Positions 29,565 to 41,015 of a DNA stretch of 64,000 nt are shown here, one piece after another. The translations under genes were made by a program, and so were the position numbers. This DNA is from a virus, in IMG/VR virus record IMGVR_UViG_2919361683_000002, positions 81,711-145,710 of that record. The stretch is one strand, 5' to 3'. Under the pieces are notes generated by a model. That model ran no database searches. It was not told the origin of the DNA and saw only the letters and a program-made list of their open reading frames with translations. The first letter of the stretch is position 1, and every line of letters starts with the position of its first letter.

Positions 29565-30313
29565 ATTAATCGCCTCCTATATTGTGGCAATGATTATACG
29601 CTTTTAGTTTATAAAGTCAATATAAAATCGCAATTTTAGTTGAAGCAAATAGAAGCAATGCTAATTGCTTAGAAAGGAGTGGTTATATTCTTGGTTAACT
29701 TTTTTACTGGCACACTTCTTTTTATCATTGATTTTATTAATGTATTGGTAATTTACTGCGTGATAGGTCTTCTATGGACGATTGCAGAAAAAATATTTTA
29801 TGGCACAATCACACCTAGAACTATCGACGATATTGTAGCTTTTATTCTAGCTTGTTCTATTTATTTGAATCTAATCAAATAGAAATTTGATTAAAACTAA
29901 AGGAGCTGGATGTCTTGGAAAATGTATTAACAATAGTGTCAGGAGACGATTGGTCTTCTGTATATATTAATTATAATAAAGAATTTAGCGGTCATAGTAT
30001 TCCTGAACATGTTTTTATTAAATTAATTAATGATCATGTGCCAGAAAGAGCAGAAAGTTATTATATGATCCAGAATGGTCAAGAGTGGCTTGAAGATCAT
30101 GGTGATTTTCCTGATAACTTCAATGACATACCGAAAGAATATTTATCTAATTAAAAGAGGACTTTTATTAAGTCAAAATTAAACAACAAAGTTTTGATTC
30201 TTTTGAACTTTATCTTTCAAAAAGCTGGAAAAATGGAGCACTCTTCTTAAGTCGAACAAAAACAACAGAGAAAGACCACCTTATCAAAAAGGTGGTCTAG
30301 ATATTAAAAAATG

Positions 30314-30784
30314 TTACTTGGAAGTTGTAATGTTCACATTCAATGTTCCATCAATTTTTTTAGCATCAACTTTAGCTCCCAATACTTCAGAAACAATTCG
30401 CAATGGAACTTGAATGCGAGTTGCCGGACTTTGCGGTGCAACAAGCAAGGTTTTCTTTTCACCATTGACATACGCAGTTTTGCTACCGACCGCTAATTTA
30501 ATTACAGTTCCGTCTTTCGATTGGATGGTGACTTGTTGCAAAGCTTTATTCCAATCTGTTACTTTGCCACCTAAATTTTCAGAAACAAAACGAAGAGGAA
30601 CAAAAGCTGTATTTGTAGCATTATCAATATACGGAGGCGCATCTGAATTAGTTCCGAAATTAACGGGAACATTGTTTACCTCCACATTAATTGTGTAATT
30701 ATAAGGATGTTTTGTTGCACTGGCTTGTACGCTTAATGCAAGTGAAAAAATAAGAAACACAGAAACCATAAAGAATCTTTTCAT
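30314..30784 (-). CDS. Secreted copper-amine-oxidase N-terminal (stalk) domain protein
   Basis: Signal peptide; APPYI...TAFVPLRFVSENLG..V.W; VPLR.VSEVLGAKV. Confidence 0.85.
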   Translation of the reverse strand: MKRFFMVSVFLIFSLALSVQASATKHPYNYTINVEVNNVPVNFGTNSDAPPYIDNATNTAFVPLRFVSENLGGKVTDWNKALQQVTIQSKDGTVIKLAVGSKTAYVNGEKKTLLVAPQSPATRIQVPLRIVSEVLGAKVDAKKIDGTLNVNITTSK

Positions 30785-30815
30785 GATGTCTTTCTCCTTT
30801 TAATTCAAAGTACAA

Positions 30816-31976
30816 TCAATTTACTGAAAAGACATATCTTTCTGACTGCCCTGACTTGGTATAGTCTATTTTTCCTCCGTGAGTCCATACGTCGTTGCTT
30901 AACCCTGAGACGCTACTTGGGTAAACAGAACTGGAACTATTGTTAGTTAGAAATTTCATATTGTTCCAAATAGCAGGTGTAGTGTATCCATAGTGGAATG
31001 GGCTGGTGGTTGAAGTGGCAGAACCCATAGCTATTGCAGTTAGCCGCTTAACTGATCTACCTGTGCTTCCTAGTCCATTAAATCTAACAACATAAATATC
31101 CGAGTAATTTATTTGCTCTCTAATGGTGAGCGTTGAGTCTGTTGAGTAATAATATACTTTATAGCCGTTAATTTTGTCACCACCATAGAACTTTTTAGTT
31201 GTATCATAGTAATATTTACCACTACTAGGTTGTGGTATGCCATTGGTATTTCCTGAATCAACAGTATGATTTGATTTGGCATGGAACATTGGATACCACC
31301 CAGCTGGAGTAAACTGAGAAGCAATTCCTTCAAATCCAACTTCAGCTACTCCATCAACACCAGTGTATAAGTAGGCTGCCTCTGAATATTTCAAAGCATC
31401 AGTGATATTATAAGTTGGCAAAACAACAGAGTCTGCAACTACGCCATTATATATTTTATTAGTGTTACTAGCGGGAGTTTGAAGGCGATGGAATGCCCCT
31501 GTTTCTTTGCCTGCTGTGTTTCCTTGGTTACCTAAGTAAGATTGTGTAGAGATTCTTTCATGTGGTTCAGTTCCGTATGTAGATTCTGTAGTTGTGATTT
31601 CTCTTGTTTCAAAATTTGATCGGATATCGCCTTTATCGGAGGAGGTTGCGTTAATTAATTCTCCATCTGAATCGAAGTCTAAAAGAACAACTTCTGCATT
31701 TTCCAATTTTTTGATGTTTTCCTTTGTGGTTTGACTAATGCTAGAACTTTCTGTGATGTTGTCTAAAGTTTTATCGAATTCCTTATTGCTCAAAGTTGAC
31801 ATGCCTTTTGCAGTACTAGATGCACCTTTATCTAGTAAGATTTCTTGTTCAATCGCTTCTTTAATATACTGGTCATAGTTGTTGGGAGTAGCATTTTCTT
31901 GGGCATTTGCCATTAAAGAAGGGATTGATGCAGATAGGAGCAAAACAGATAAAGCAACTTTGGCTACTTTTAACAT
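30816..31976 (-). CDS. Secreted YrpD/neprosin-like protein
   Basis: Signal peptide, acidic linker, then GAFHR...LPT...AYLYTG...EVG...GWYP. Confidence 0.5.
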   Translation of the reverse strand: MLKVAKVALSVLLLSASIPSLMANAQENATPNNYDQYIKEAIEQEILLDKGASSTAKGMSTLSNKEFDKTLDNITESSSISQTTKENIKKLENAEVVLLDFDSDGELINATSSDKGDIRSNFETREITTTESTYGTEPHERISTQSYLGNQGNTAGKETGAFHRLQTPASNTNKIYNGVVADSVVLPTYNITDALKYSEAAYLYTGVDGVAEVGFEGIASQFTPAGWYPMFHAKSNHTVDSGNTNGIPQPSSGKYYYDTTKKFYGGDKINGYKVYYYSTDSTLTIREQINYSDIYVVRFNGLGSTGRSVKRLTAIAMGSATSTTSPFHYGYTTPAIWNNMKFLTNNSSSSVYPSSVSGLSNDVWTHGGKIDYTKSGQSERYVFSVN

Positions 31977-32151
31977 AGTATATCCTCCTTGATATTGGGT
32001 TTATATAGTAAGCTGGCCAGCATTACTTCCCAAAAAAACTTACTGAAAAAGTATAATATGAATAAAAATATATAGCAAGGAAAAGTTTTGTTACTATTTA
32101 CTAGTATAAAACATAGATTTTACCATAATACATACAAAAGGATGATAAAGT

Positions 32152-32664
32152 ATGAGTAAGTTATATGAGCTTGGGGAGCAGTATAGAGTATTTAACAATT
32201 TTGTAGATTCTGCGTGGGACAATGACGATTTAACGGAAGATGATTTGCAACTGTACATTGAGACACTAGAATCTATTGAAGATGAGATTAGTAATAAGGC
32301 AGAGAATATCGCTAAGTTCATGAAAAACATCGAGGGAGATATCAAAGCCTTAAAAGAAGAAGAGGATCGTTTGGCTAAAAAACGCAAATACCTTCAGAAC
32401 AAAGTAGAAGGATTAAAGAGCTACACTCAAGCTGTATTAGAAGTAAATAAGATTGACAAAATAGACGCAGGTCTATTTAAGGTTAGACTACAAAAGAATC
32501 CCCCATCCATTAATATTGTAAATGACAGAGCTATTCCTAATACATACAGAATTCCGCAACCCGATAAGATTGATACCAAGGGGTTATTGGCTGCTGTAAA
32601 ACAGGGTGAAGTTGTTGAAGGTGTTGAATTAGTGACAGATAAAAAGCATTTGCGTATTAGTTAG
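32152..32664 (+). CDS. Siphovirus Gp157-family protein
   Basis: MSKLYEL...TLESIE.EI..KAENI...IKALKEEE.RL..KRK...LQKNPPS...PQPDKIDTK. Confidence 0.9.
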   Translation: MSKLYELGEQYRVFNNFVDSAWDNDDLTEDDLQLYIETLESIEDEISNKAENIAKFMKNIEGDIKALKEEEDRLAKKRKYLQNKVEGLKSYTQAVLEVNKIDKIDAGLFKVRLQKNPPSINIVNDRAIPNTYRIPQPDKIDTKGLLAAVKQGEVVEGVELVTDKKHLRIS

Positions 32665-32814
32665 TGTAAAGCCTCCTATAATGGAGGTTTTTTTATTTTA
32701 ACAAACAAAAATAATTAAATTTATTGATATATAATAAGACAGATGCTATAATTGATTTATGGAAAGATACATACTTTAAAAGAGTTCTTTTATTAAGAAA
32801 GGAGAATTGGCAAA

Positions 32815-33180
32815 ATGAAAAGAGATACTTGGATTGTAACTAAATCGTCATCTAGACCAGCAGGCAAACCCGATAGATGCTTCTATTGTAGTAATTTGAT
32901 AGGCGAAGAACACAAACAGGAATGTGTTATTAGAAATAAGACAGTTGTAATGGATTTTACCATTAGATTAGTGGTCGATGTTCCTGAATATTGGGCAGAA
33001 GATGACATTGAGTTTAAATACAATAAAGGTACTTGGTGTGCAGATAATTTAGTCCAAATGATAACAAGAGAAGATAATAGCTGTTTATGCCCTCATGTTG
33101 AAGCTAAATTTATTAGAGATGCTACACGAGACGATGAAGAAAATTGGGGACTGATCAGGGTAGAAGATTTAGAATCATAA
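32815..33180 (+). CDS. Hypothetical protein with a Zn-binding motif
   Basis: CFYC...HKQEC; downstream of promoter TTGATA-17-TATAAT (32724-32752). Confidence 0.55.
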   Translation: MKRDTWIVTKSSSRPAGKPDRCFYCSNLIGEEHKQECVIRNKTVVMDFTIRLVVDVPEYWAEDDIEFKYNKGTWCADNLVQMITREDNSCLCPHVEAKFIRDATRDDEENWGLIRVEDLES

Positions 33181-33418
33181 TCACATAAAAGGTCTGTTTT
33201 ACTTGAAAATCATGAAGGTGACTAAATTGTCTGATTGTTTACACACAAAAAGGATGGAAGTTATTCTGTCTAAAGAACCTGAATTTCTTGTTCAGATGCT
33301 TGCTTATATAAGCGGAGCTATGGGAGAAGATTTGGTTTTTCATGAGTCATTTGAAGATGCTCTCGATGTATTAAATGAGGTTAGTATAGATATGAAATAA
33401 AAATATAGGAGGCAATCA

Positions 33419-33868
33419 ATGATTAAAATTGTCGAAGGTAATCTGCTTAATGCAACTGAAGATATTATTGGACACCAGACGAACACCAAAGGTGTGTGGG
33501 GATCAGGAGTAGCTAAAGCGATAAAAGATAAATATCCAAATACATATCCCGCCTACCGTGATCTTTGTCATGAGTACGGTGATAAGTTGCTCGGTAGCTG
33601 TTGGACAATTAAAGCGAGTGATAATAAGTTTATAGCTAATTTGTTTGGTCAAACAAACTATGGGAGAGACAAAAACAAGGTATATACATATTATGAAGCG
33701 TTAAAGTTAAGTTTAGAAATCTTAAAAACCAGAGCTGAGAGGTTCGGATATTCGGTGGCTTTACCATACAATATTGGCTGCGGATTAGCTAATGGAGAAT
33801 GGGATATTGTATATGAGATTATTGATACAGTGTTTAGTGATTATAAAGTAACACTCTACAGAATGTGA
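33419..33868 (+). CDS. Macrodomain (ADP-ribose binding/hydrolase) protein
   Basis: KIVEGNLL...HQTN..GVWGSGVAKAIK.KYP...ANLFGQ...ALPYNIGCGLA.G.W. Confidence 0.9.
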   Translation: MIKIVEGNLLNATEDIIGHQTNTKGVWGSGVAKAIKDKYPNTYPAYRDLCHEYGDKLLGSCWTIKASDNKFIANLFGQTNYGRDKNKVYTYYEALKLSLEILKTRAERFGYSVALPYNIGCGLANGEWDIVYEIIDTVFSDYKVTLYRM

Positions 33869-34507
33869 GGAGAAAGTAAATTGAAGATTATTTGTGAGGA
33901 TAATTTTGGCAGGGAAATTGTTAGTGATTTTCTAGTGTGTGAAAATGTAAGTCAATACTATGGTGAGGCTTTTGTTGAATTTTTGAATGAAAATTTATCA
34001 GGAGATCATAGTTTTAATTTTTACAGACTCGTAGAAGATGAATATGAGCTTTATAAATGGGAGCCGTAAAACATGCCATATATAAAAAAAGACGACTTTA
34101 AGCAGTTGTGCCATTACTTCTTCGTACAAGGATGTAATGCTGGTTATGGAATAGATGTCTCAGAAACTTTGTGGAGACAGGAAGAAGAGGCGTTTAGGTC
34201 GATATATGAAGATTATTTACTGAATTTTAACTCCAAGAAGGAGGAAATTGATGTATAAGAAGTATTGGAACGAAGATGGTAAACGATACATGATAAAAAT
34301 TGATGAAGTCAGAGTTAATACGAGTAGAGAACATGGGATGACTTACTACAAACTTGTTCAAAAACTAAAAATATATCAGAAAAAGTTCTTGGGTTGGAGG
34401 TGTATTTATTTAAATCAATGGGACGAAGAAAAGGGCATAGATTTAATTAAAAGAATCCGTGAGAGCACTAACGATTGTTTTGGTAAATAAAGGAGAGAAA
34501 ACTTTTA

Positions 34508-36437
34508 TGACTATAAGTGTGCCAATTGAAATTATCAGAAATAATAAAACTCAGGAGTTTGTAGAGCTGCAATTAGTGTATGAACGTTTAGACAACGAAT
34601 TACAAAGATATGCTATAAAACTGGAAGAATTATATGTTGAACTTAAAAGGATAATTAGTCCAACTGATCGCTATGGTCATTCATATACTTATAACTACGA
34701 ATACTTTAAAGAACGCAAAGCATGGAGAGAAGCCTTGCTTATGCAAGATGCGATTAACGAAGTCGTGAATGTTGAAGGTGAAATTCAAGAAGTAAACGCG
34801 GCATACATAGAAGTCAGAGAGAAACTTAGAGTTATTTATAGGAAATGTGGTATGACAGATGTGGTTATTTAAGTGGTGGCTACAAGCAACCGGGTTAATG
34901 TTATTAGTAGGATTGTTTATTGAGCTTCTATTGTTATGCAACCCCTCTTTGAAAATGCCGTACAGTCACTGGTTAATTGAAAGCATGATTTTGTTTATGC
35001 CCACTTTTTTAGGAGTATCACATTATATTCATGTACGTGTAAATAAAAGAAGAAAGAAGTGATGGATTTGAAATAAAAATATGCTTTATTCGCTTTCGCT
35101 GCGTATAGCGAGGATGGAGGGATCAGATGAATAAAACAATTAGAGTTAGTGGACGCATTTCAAAGGATGCAGAAGGAATTCTGCTTGGTCATAAGGTTCT
35201 TGGTGAATTTATAGTTAATGAATTAACGCACGAAGAATTTCCTAAGTATGGTGAAAATCGCTATTCTGGTAAGGACAGCAATGGAATATGGAAATTTTAC
35301 AATCACCCATTAGCCTTCGTTCAAATTTATTTAAGCAACAAAGAAATTACATATGAAGAGGCCATTGATTATCAAATCTTGAGTTCGATAGGTGAGCTGG
35401 ATATTCAAGTGGATTGGGTGGGTTATTCTGAACTAACAATTTCTTACTTCAGCACAGAGCACATGACTGTAGGTGGACATGATATAGAGAAGATCTTGTC
35501 TTCATATCTTGGTAAGTATGCAATAGTTAATATTGAAATAAAAGACAAACGCTAAGTGTCGGTAAAATGCGTGTTTGATTAAGAATTTTAATGTAGTAAA
35601 ACTAGAGGAAATATGAGGTGATTAAAATCAAAGTTAACACAAGCAGTATTTGTTTGAAATGTACACATTTCTGGCATGAATGTGGAGATGTAGCCCAACA
35701 GGATGAATACGAATGTATTGAGACTTGCAGTAATTCAGATGAAGCTGTTCAAGAATTTTTTGAGGATGAGCATGAAATAAAAGAATGTAGAGGATTTGAA
35801 AGTGAATATTAATTAAAGTTTTCTTAAAAATGGGAGGTACTGAATGGATTTAGATTTAATGAAAACAGAATATAAACAAGTGAAATTGGATTATAAGACT
35901 GTATTGTCTAAAACGGCAAAGTTGAGCATTAGCGAAGAGTTAAGAAGATTAAAAAAGAAAATTGATGATGAAGAACGTAGGCTGAATGCCGAACTAAAAG
36001 CTGTAAACATCAATGGAGTTAATTATGAAGTCCCAAATGGATTTGGTTTTTATCGAGAAGTTGAGGGTTATACATATGAAGTAAAAGACGAATGTTTATA
36101 TAGATTTGAAAAAATGAATTTGGGTTCAGATGGAAGTTTTCACTTGCACCACCATGTATGGATTCCACAGAGAAAGGATAAATTTGTAGATCTCTGTGTA
36201 CGTGTTCTGGGTGGTGACAGGTTCGGAGAAAGATACTTTATAAGTGCAAGTTACTATAAGCATCCATCTGATTCGTTTCCATATATGCATAAGGATGTTC
36301 GGACTGACAATTACGGATACAAACCCATCTATTCATATGTTATTGCTAAGATGGGACTAAAGCATAAAAAGGATAATTGGGACACTAATAAGCTTGAGTG
36401 GATTGAAAAGGAGAAGAGAAATGAAGCAGAAAAATGA
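34508..36437 (+). other. Hypothetical gene cluster (34508-34872, 34859-35062, 35127-35555, 35618-35812, 35844-36437)
   Basis: Co-oriented ORFs with RBSs. Confidence 0.6.
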
Positions 36438-37252
36438 ACAAAGTATTTATGTAGTACAAGGGAGAAGTGGAATTGTATTTTCCGCAACTTTAAATTACGA
36501 AGAAGCCTTAAATGTTATGAACAATTTGAATGAGATGGAATACGGTAGAGCCAGAATGGAACATTGGGAAAATAATAGAGTTGTGCTTCGGGAGTCGTGA
36601 TAAATTTATGCAAAGGTGGTGCCAAAGTGGATATTGACACTTGCCCATATTGTAGTGGTAGGCCGTTGGCAGACAGAAAGCCATTAATGAGAAATCATAG
36701 TGCAGACTATTCAGTTTTCATTAATAGCTGCAATTATCTAGAGGATAGTGTTATTGGTGGAAGCGAATTTCATTCATTGTATGGAGTGAAAATATATTTC
36801 TGTCCTGTGTGCGGTAGAAGACTGTAGGTTGATAAAATACATACTTTTTCAATTGAGTAATTATAACCGATATTAAAAAAGTATAAAACTAAGAAGGGAT
36901 GATTATATTGAAAATCACTGGTAAGCATGTTTGCAATAGTAGTTTCAATGATTGTAATTACGAATACAATTGGGAGGCGCAAATCTCACAACATGTGTCA
37001 TCGTCATCTTTTGAAGTAGAATTAATTGATGAAAATAAAGCTCAAGCATCAATTAAATCAAGTGATGATGGCGAGTTTTATGAGGTTAAAACCATCTGTC
37101 CAAGATGTTATCAGGATAATTTATTCAGATATCCAAAATCTCTAAACTAAAAATATACCACCTGATCTGTGTCAAATATTCTAAACTTCTCATTTTTACA
37201 GATCGGGTGGGATCAAAATAAAATGAACATTTTAATATAAAGGGTGACAAAA

Positions 37253-37423
37253 ATTCTAATTACTTATCTTAATACTGCTTTGGGTATGTTGGCGGCGATG
37301 GCAATATTATACCCACCTTGTCGCCTCATAAGTTTCACTAACAAGTCAAAATTCTCTCATAAAACATATTTCTATGTAATGATGGGGTCATTTATTTTAA
37401 TTGCAGTGCTACAGAGATTTTAG
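37253..37423 (+). CDS. 56-aa two-TM peptide with a probable ATT start
   Basis: RBS AAGGGTGA 5 nt before ATT; open to TAG 37423; hydrophobic. Confidence 0.45.
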   Translation: MLITYLNTALGMLAAMAILYPPCRLISFTNKSKFSHKTYFYVMMGSFILIAVLQRF

Positions 37424-37447
37424 ATTTTTATGAAAGAGGTGATACTC

Positions 37448-38112
37448 ATGGTTGACTTCGCATGACTAAATTCCCCTGAAGGAAGAGAAGAAATAAACAA
37501 AAGACGTGAAGAACGCAGAGTACAGGAGAAGCTAGAAAGTAGAACACTATCATTCACAGGACACCGCCCGAATAAATTAGGAAATTGCTACAGCCTTATG
37601 GATAAACAATCAAAATACATAAAGAGCAAAATTGAAACAGTGTTAATTGACTTAATTAAGAACGAGGGAGTGAACGTTTTATTACTGGCGGTGCTGTCGG
37701 CTTTGACCAAATAGCATTCTGGACAGTTCAGGGGCTAAAGAACACAGATTATTCTGAAATCAAAAACATTGTAGCGATACCATTCAAAAATCAAGCAAGT
37801 AAATGGACTGATCGTGTAACTCAGCACTGGTGCACGAAGATGCTTGATACAGCAGATGAAGTTGTTTATGTAGACGAGCTGCCACTATATAGAGTAGAGG
37901 GAGTGCCGATTGGCGAGTATCATGTAGCGAAAATGCAAAAGAGAAATGAATACATGGTAGATAAATCACGGATTGTTGTCGCTGCTTGGGATGGAACGAA
38001 GGGTGGTACTGGTAACTGTTGTAGATATGCAAGAAAAGTGGGAAAGACACTCTATACACTAAGACCACAAAATGATTTTGAATTAGACATATTGTATGGA
38101 TTCAATGGATAA
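37448..38112 (+). pseudogene. YspA/YoqJ-like SLOG (DUF1273) gene disrupted by a nonsense codon and a frameshift
   Basis: SFTGHRP.KL in one frame (after TGA at codon 6); FITGGAVGFDQ...MQKRNEYMVD...WDG..GGT.NC in another; junction near 37672. Confidence 0.82.
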
Positions 38113-38466
38113 ACGAATTTATGATGGAGGAATGATAACAATGATTACGAAAGTTCAGGATTACGTTGATACTATGATCAAAAAATTGGAAAGCGAAGGA
38201 CATCGCGACATTCAATTTCTAAGCGCTTCTGATTGTACGTTTGTGAAGAATGGAATTAAAGAAGGCTATTTAATGGAAGAAACAAATTTAAATAAAATAT
38301 GTTCTGGAATAAACTTGAACGAAATAGAAGACGGAGTTGAAGTTGTGGGAAGCAAACTAAGAATCTTTAGTATTCCAAAAAGAAAACGTAAAGGCGTAAC
38401 TTCTGTTTATTATGTAGTAATTCAATAATACTAAACTGATAAAATTGGGCTTTTAGAAGGAATGAA

Positions 38467-39057
38467 ATGACGAGGAGGCTACTGTTAATGGAAGTCATAT
38501 ATTCTAAGTGGCATAATAACTATGATGAATTGGTACTTGGACAAGAATATAACGCTCAGTATTATAAAAAAGGATGGTTGTTAATTGATACAGTTTTGTA
38601 CAGAGAGGACTGTTTTCAGATGGTAAACAACTTAAACAAAGCAATCTCAATTGCTGCAACTATGCATAATGGTCAACATGATAAGGGTGGTAATCCATAT
38701 ATCTTACATCCATTGCGTGTAATGATGAATATGAAATCAAATGAAGAACAAATTGTGGCTGTACTACATGACATCCTAGAAGATACAACCATGACTGAAG
38801 AAAAGCTGTCAGAAGATTTCACGGGTCAAATCATTGATGCAGTTATTGCTTTGACAAGACAAGAGAATGAAACGTACTGGGAGTTCATTGCACGTTGTAA
38901 ACAAAATGAATTGGCACGAAAAGTTAAGATTGTTGATATTGAAGATAACATGGATTTGAGTAGAATTGAGCAGCCAACAAAGAAGGATTATGACCGAGCA
39001 AACAAATATAAGAAAGCACTAATCGAACTAAAGGAGAATATTTCAATTGAAATTTAA
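38467..39057 (+). CDS. HD-domain phosphohydrolase (RelA/SpoT-hydrolase/Mesh1-like)
   Basis: AISIA..MH.GQ.DKGG.PYILHPLRV...AVLHDILEDT...KVKI.D..DN.D.SR. Confidence 0.85.
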   Translation: MTRRLLLMEVIYSKWHNNYDELVLGQEYNAQYYKKGWLLIDTVLYREDCFQMVNNLNKAISIAATMHNGQHDKGGNPYILHPLRVMMNMKSNEEQIVAVLHDILEDTTMTEEKLSEDFTGQIIDAVIALTRQENETYWEFIARCKQNELARKVKIVDIEDNMDLSRIEQPTKKDYDRANKYKKALIELKENISIEI

Positions 39058-39334
39058 AATGGTTATCGCTATTTCATTAGTTTTAATTCTAATGGGATGT
39101 GAAAAAAGTTATAAGACGTATTACGATCAGGAGTATATTGAAACGATCAGAACGAGTAAGGGAGACATCATGGTGTTTACAGATAAAGAAGGACAAAAAA
39201 ATGGCTATATCGTTAGCTCAGACACAACATTTAAAGCTGAGAAGGGCAAAACATACAATGTTGATATTTCACTTGAATCAATCAGTCAATATGAAGGTTT
39301 TATACAGCAACTATCAGAAATCAAATCTAAGTAA
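39047..39334 (+). CDS. Putative lipoprotein
   Basis: Lipobox LMGC. Confidence 0.6.
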   Translation: MKFKMVIAISLVLILMGCEKSYKTYYDQEYIETIRTSKGDIMVFTDKEGQKNGYIVSSDTTFKAEKGKTYNVDISLESISQYEGFIQQLSEIKSK

Positions 39335-39676
39335 AAGCATCGTTTTACCAAGATAGGAGAATACATAATGTCAAAACAGAAGACTAATGTTCAGTATCAG
39401 TTTCAACCCAAAACAGACACTGTTTTTAGAATTTACCTTAAAACAAATCACATGAACAATCTAATTGTTGTTCGGTTTGAGTTGCCATCGGGAGAAGAAT
39501 ACACGAGAAATTACGGGAACATCCCTTCAAATGCTCTCTTGGTTGAATACAAAGGTAATGAATTTGAATTACACATAGATGGCGAATATGTTGGACAAAG
39601 AGTTCTTGTTGAAGCAGCTAGGAACATGTTTAGATACGATGCTATTGAATAGTTAATTAGTTAGTTGTACACTATA

Positions 39677-39690
39677 AGAACAAACGTTCT
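39677..39690. promoter_or_regulatory. LexA box
   Basis: AGAAC-AAAC-GTTCT abutting the RBS of 39699-40091. Confidence 0.7.
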
Positions 39691-39698
39691 AGGAGTGT

Positions 39699-40091
39699 GT
39701 GTTCAGCATGAGCAATTATAAAACATCTAATGAAGACACTCAGCTTGTAATTGATTTTATACAGCTACCTTATGTGTTGGATGTATTAGAGCTTAACCTT
39801 AAAAAGATTAAACAGTCTGACTTAAAGATGAAGGAATTGTTTGTTTTATATCTAGAGGGCTTGCAAAGTAGAGTGTTAACGGATTTGAAAGTTGTTCGTC
39901 AAAAGATGAGACAGAGAGGCATAAAAGTTTTTGACGGGGTTAGGTCGGACAAGGATTTAGTAACTGATTACTTATGTCGTGGATATACTCACACCATGCG
40001 ATTCCTTTGGTCTAAAATTAGGAATGATGTAGAAGTAAGGATAGCTGCATATATGGATGTTGACTTGAGTAAATTGGTCAGGCTGGAATAA
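39699..40091 (+). CDS. YhjD-like SOS-associated protein
   Basis: LPYVLDVLE...YLCRGY resembles B. subtilis YhjD as I recall it; LexA box upstream. Confidence 0.55.
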   Translation: MFSMSNYKTSNEDTQLVIDFIQLPYVLDVLELNLKKIKQSDLKMKELFVLYLEGLQSRVLTDLKVVRQKMRQRGIKVFDGVRSDKDLVTDYLCRGYTHTMRFLWSKIRNDVEVRIAAYMDVDLSKLVRLE

Positions 40092-40280
40092 TTCAGCTTG
40101 ACTTAAACAAACAAAAATAATAAAATTATATGTATAAACCGTTGAAATAAATAGAGTAGTACATAGTAAAATGCTATATAATATTATAGTAACGACAGTA
40201 GTATGAAAAAAAGAAGTGACTTTTAAAGTAAACGATTTTTTTGTAAAAAGGAGGGCTAATATAAAGGTGGAGTATCTTTA

Positions 40281-40991
40281 TTGTCAGTATACATTGATAT
40301 TTTGGATGGCAAAAGGAGGAGATTTCCGGACGGTACTTGGGACCCAGTAGAGAATGGGAAAGAAAATTTGAAGGCTTTGCTGCTTTATCTATTTGAAGAA
40401 AGGTTGGATTGGACAAAGCAAGAGGTATTACAAAATTTCAATAAAATTTTTTTTGTCAAGTGGAAGGTGCGCGGTGGTACTCAAAAACTATTCAATGACA
40501 GCCCTTACGAAATTTTAAGATATGTATATCCCGACTGGGATATTAAACCTTGGGAACTAACCCGAGCAGGCAATAAGACTTGGGAGAAAAAGGAAGATAT
40601 TAAACAGGCTATTCGCTGGCTTGTTTTTGATAAAATGAAATGGAACAAAGAACAGATTTGTAGCGATTTTAACTTAAAAGTGTTAGAGGAAAATGGATTA
40701 ATTGGAGCGTTGACTAAATACCGTGAGTACAATGAAACAGGAGAGATATACGAATTAATTACGTATTGCATCCCTGAATTTAATTTTAAGGCAGATGATT
40801 TTGAACATCTAAATCGATGGTACGAAAGACAATATAGATTCGGGAAAAAATTTAATGATGACGAAATATTAGAAATAAGAAACCTTGACAAAAAAGGGGT
40901 GCCTACCAAAATAATTGCTGAAAAGTTTGATGTTACGGCTAGTGCAATTCGCAGAATTGTAACTCACACAACCTACGGAAATGTAAAATGA
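40281..40991 (+). CDS. DUF4046-like protein with a C-terminal HTH
   Basis: RRRFPDGTW...LKALL.YLFEE.L...FN.SPYE.L..VYP..IKPWEL; IAEKFDVTASAIRRIV. Confidence 0.65.
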   Translation: MSVYIDILDGKRRRFPDGTWDPVENGKENLKALLLYLFEERLDWTKQEVLQNFNKIFFVKWKVRGGTQKLFNDSPYEILRYVYPDWDIKPWELTRAGNKTWEKKEDIKQAIRWLVFDKMKWNKEQICSDFNLKVLEENGLIGALTKYREYNETGEIYELITYCIPEFNFKADDFEHLNRWYERQYRFGKKFNDDEILEIRNLDKKGVPTKIIAEKFDVTASAIRRIVTHTTYGNVK

Positions 40992-41015
40992 CGTTTTAAG
41001 GAGAGAGAATTTACA

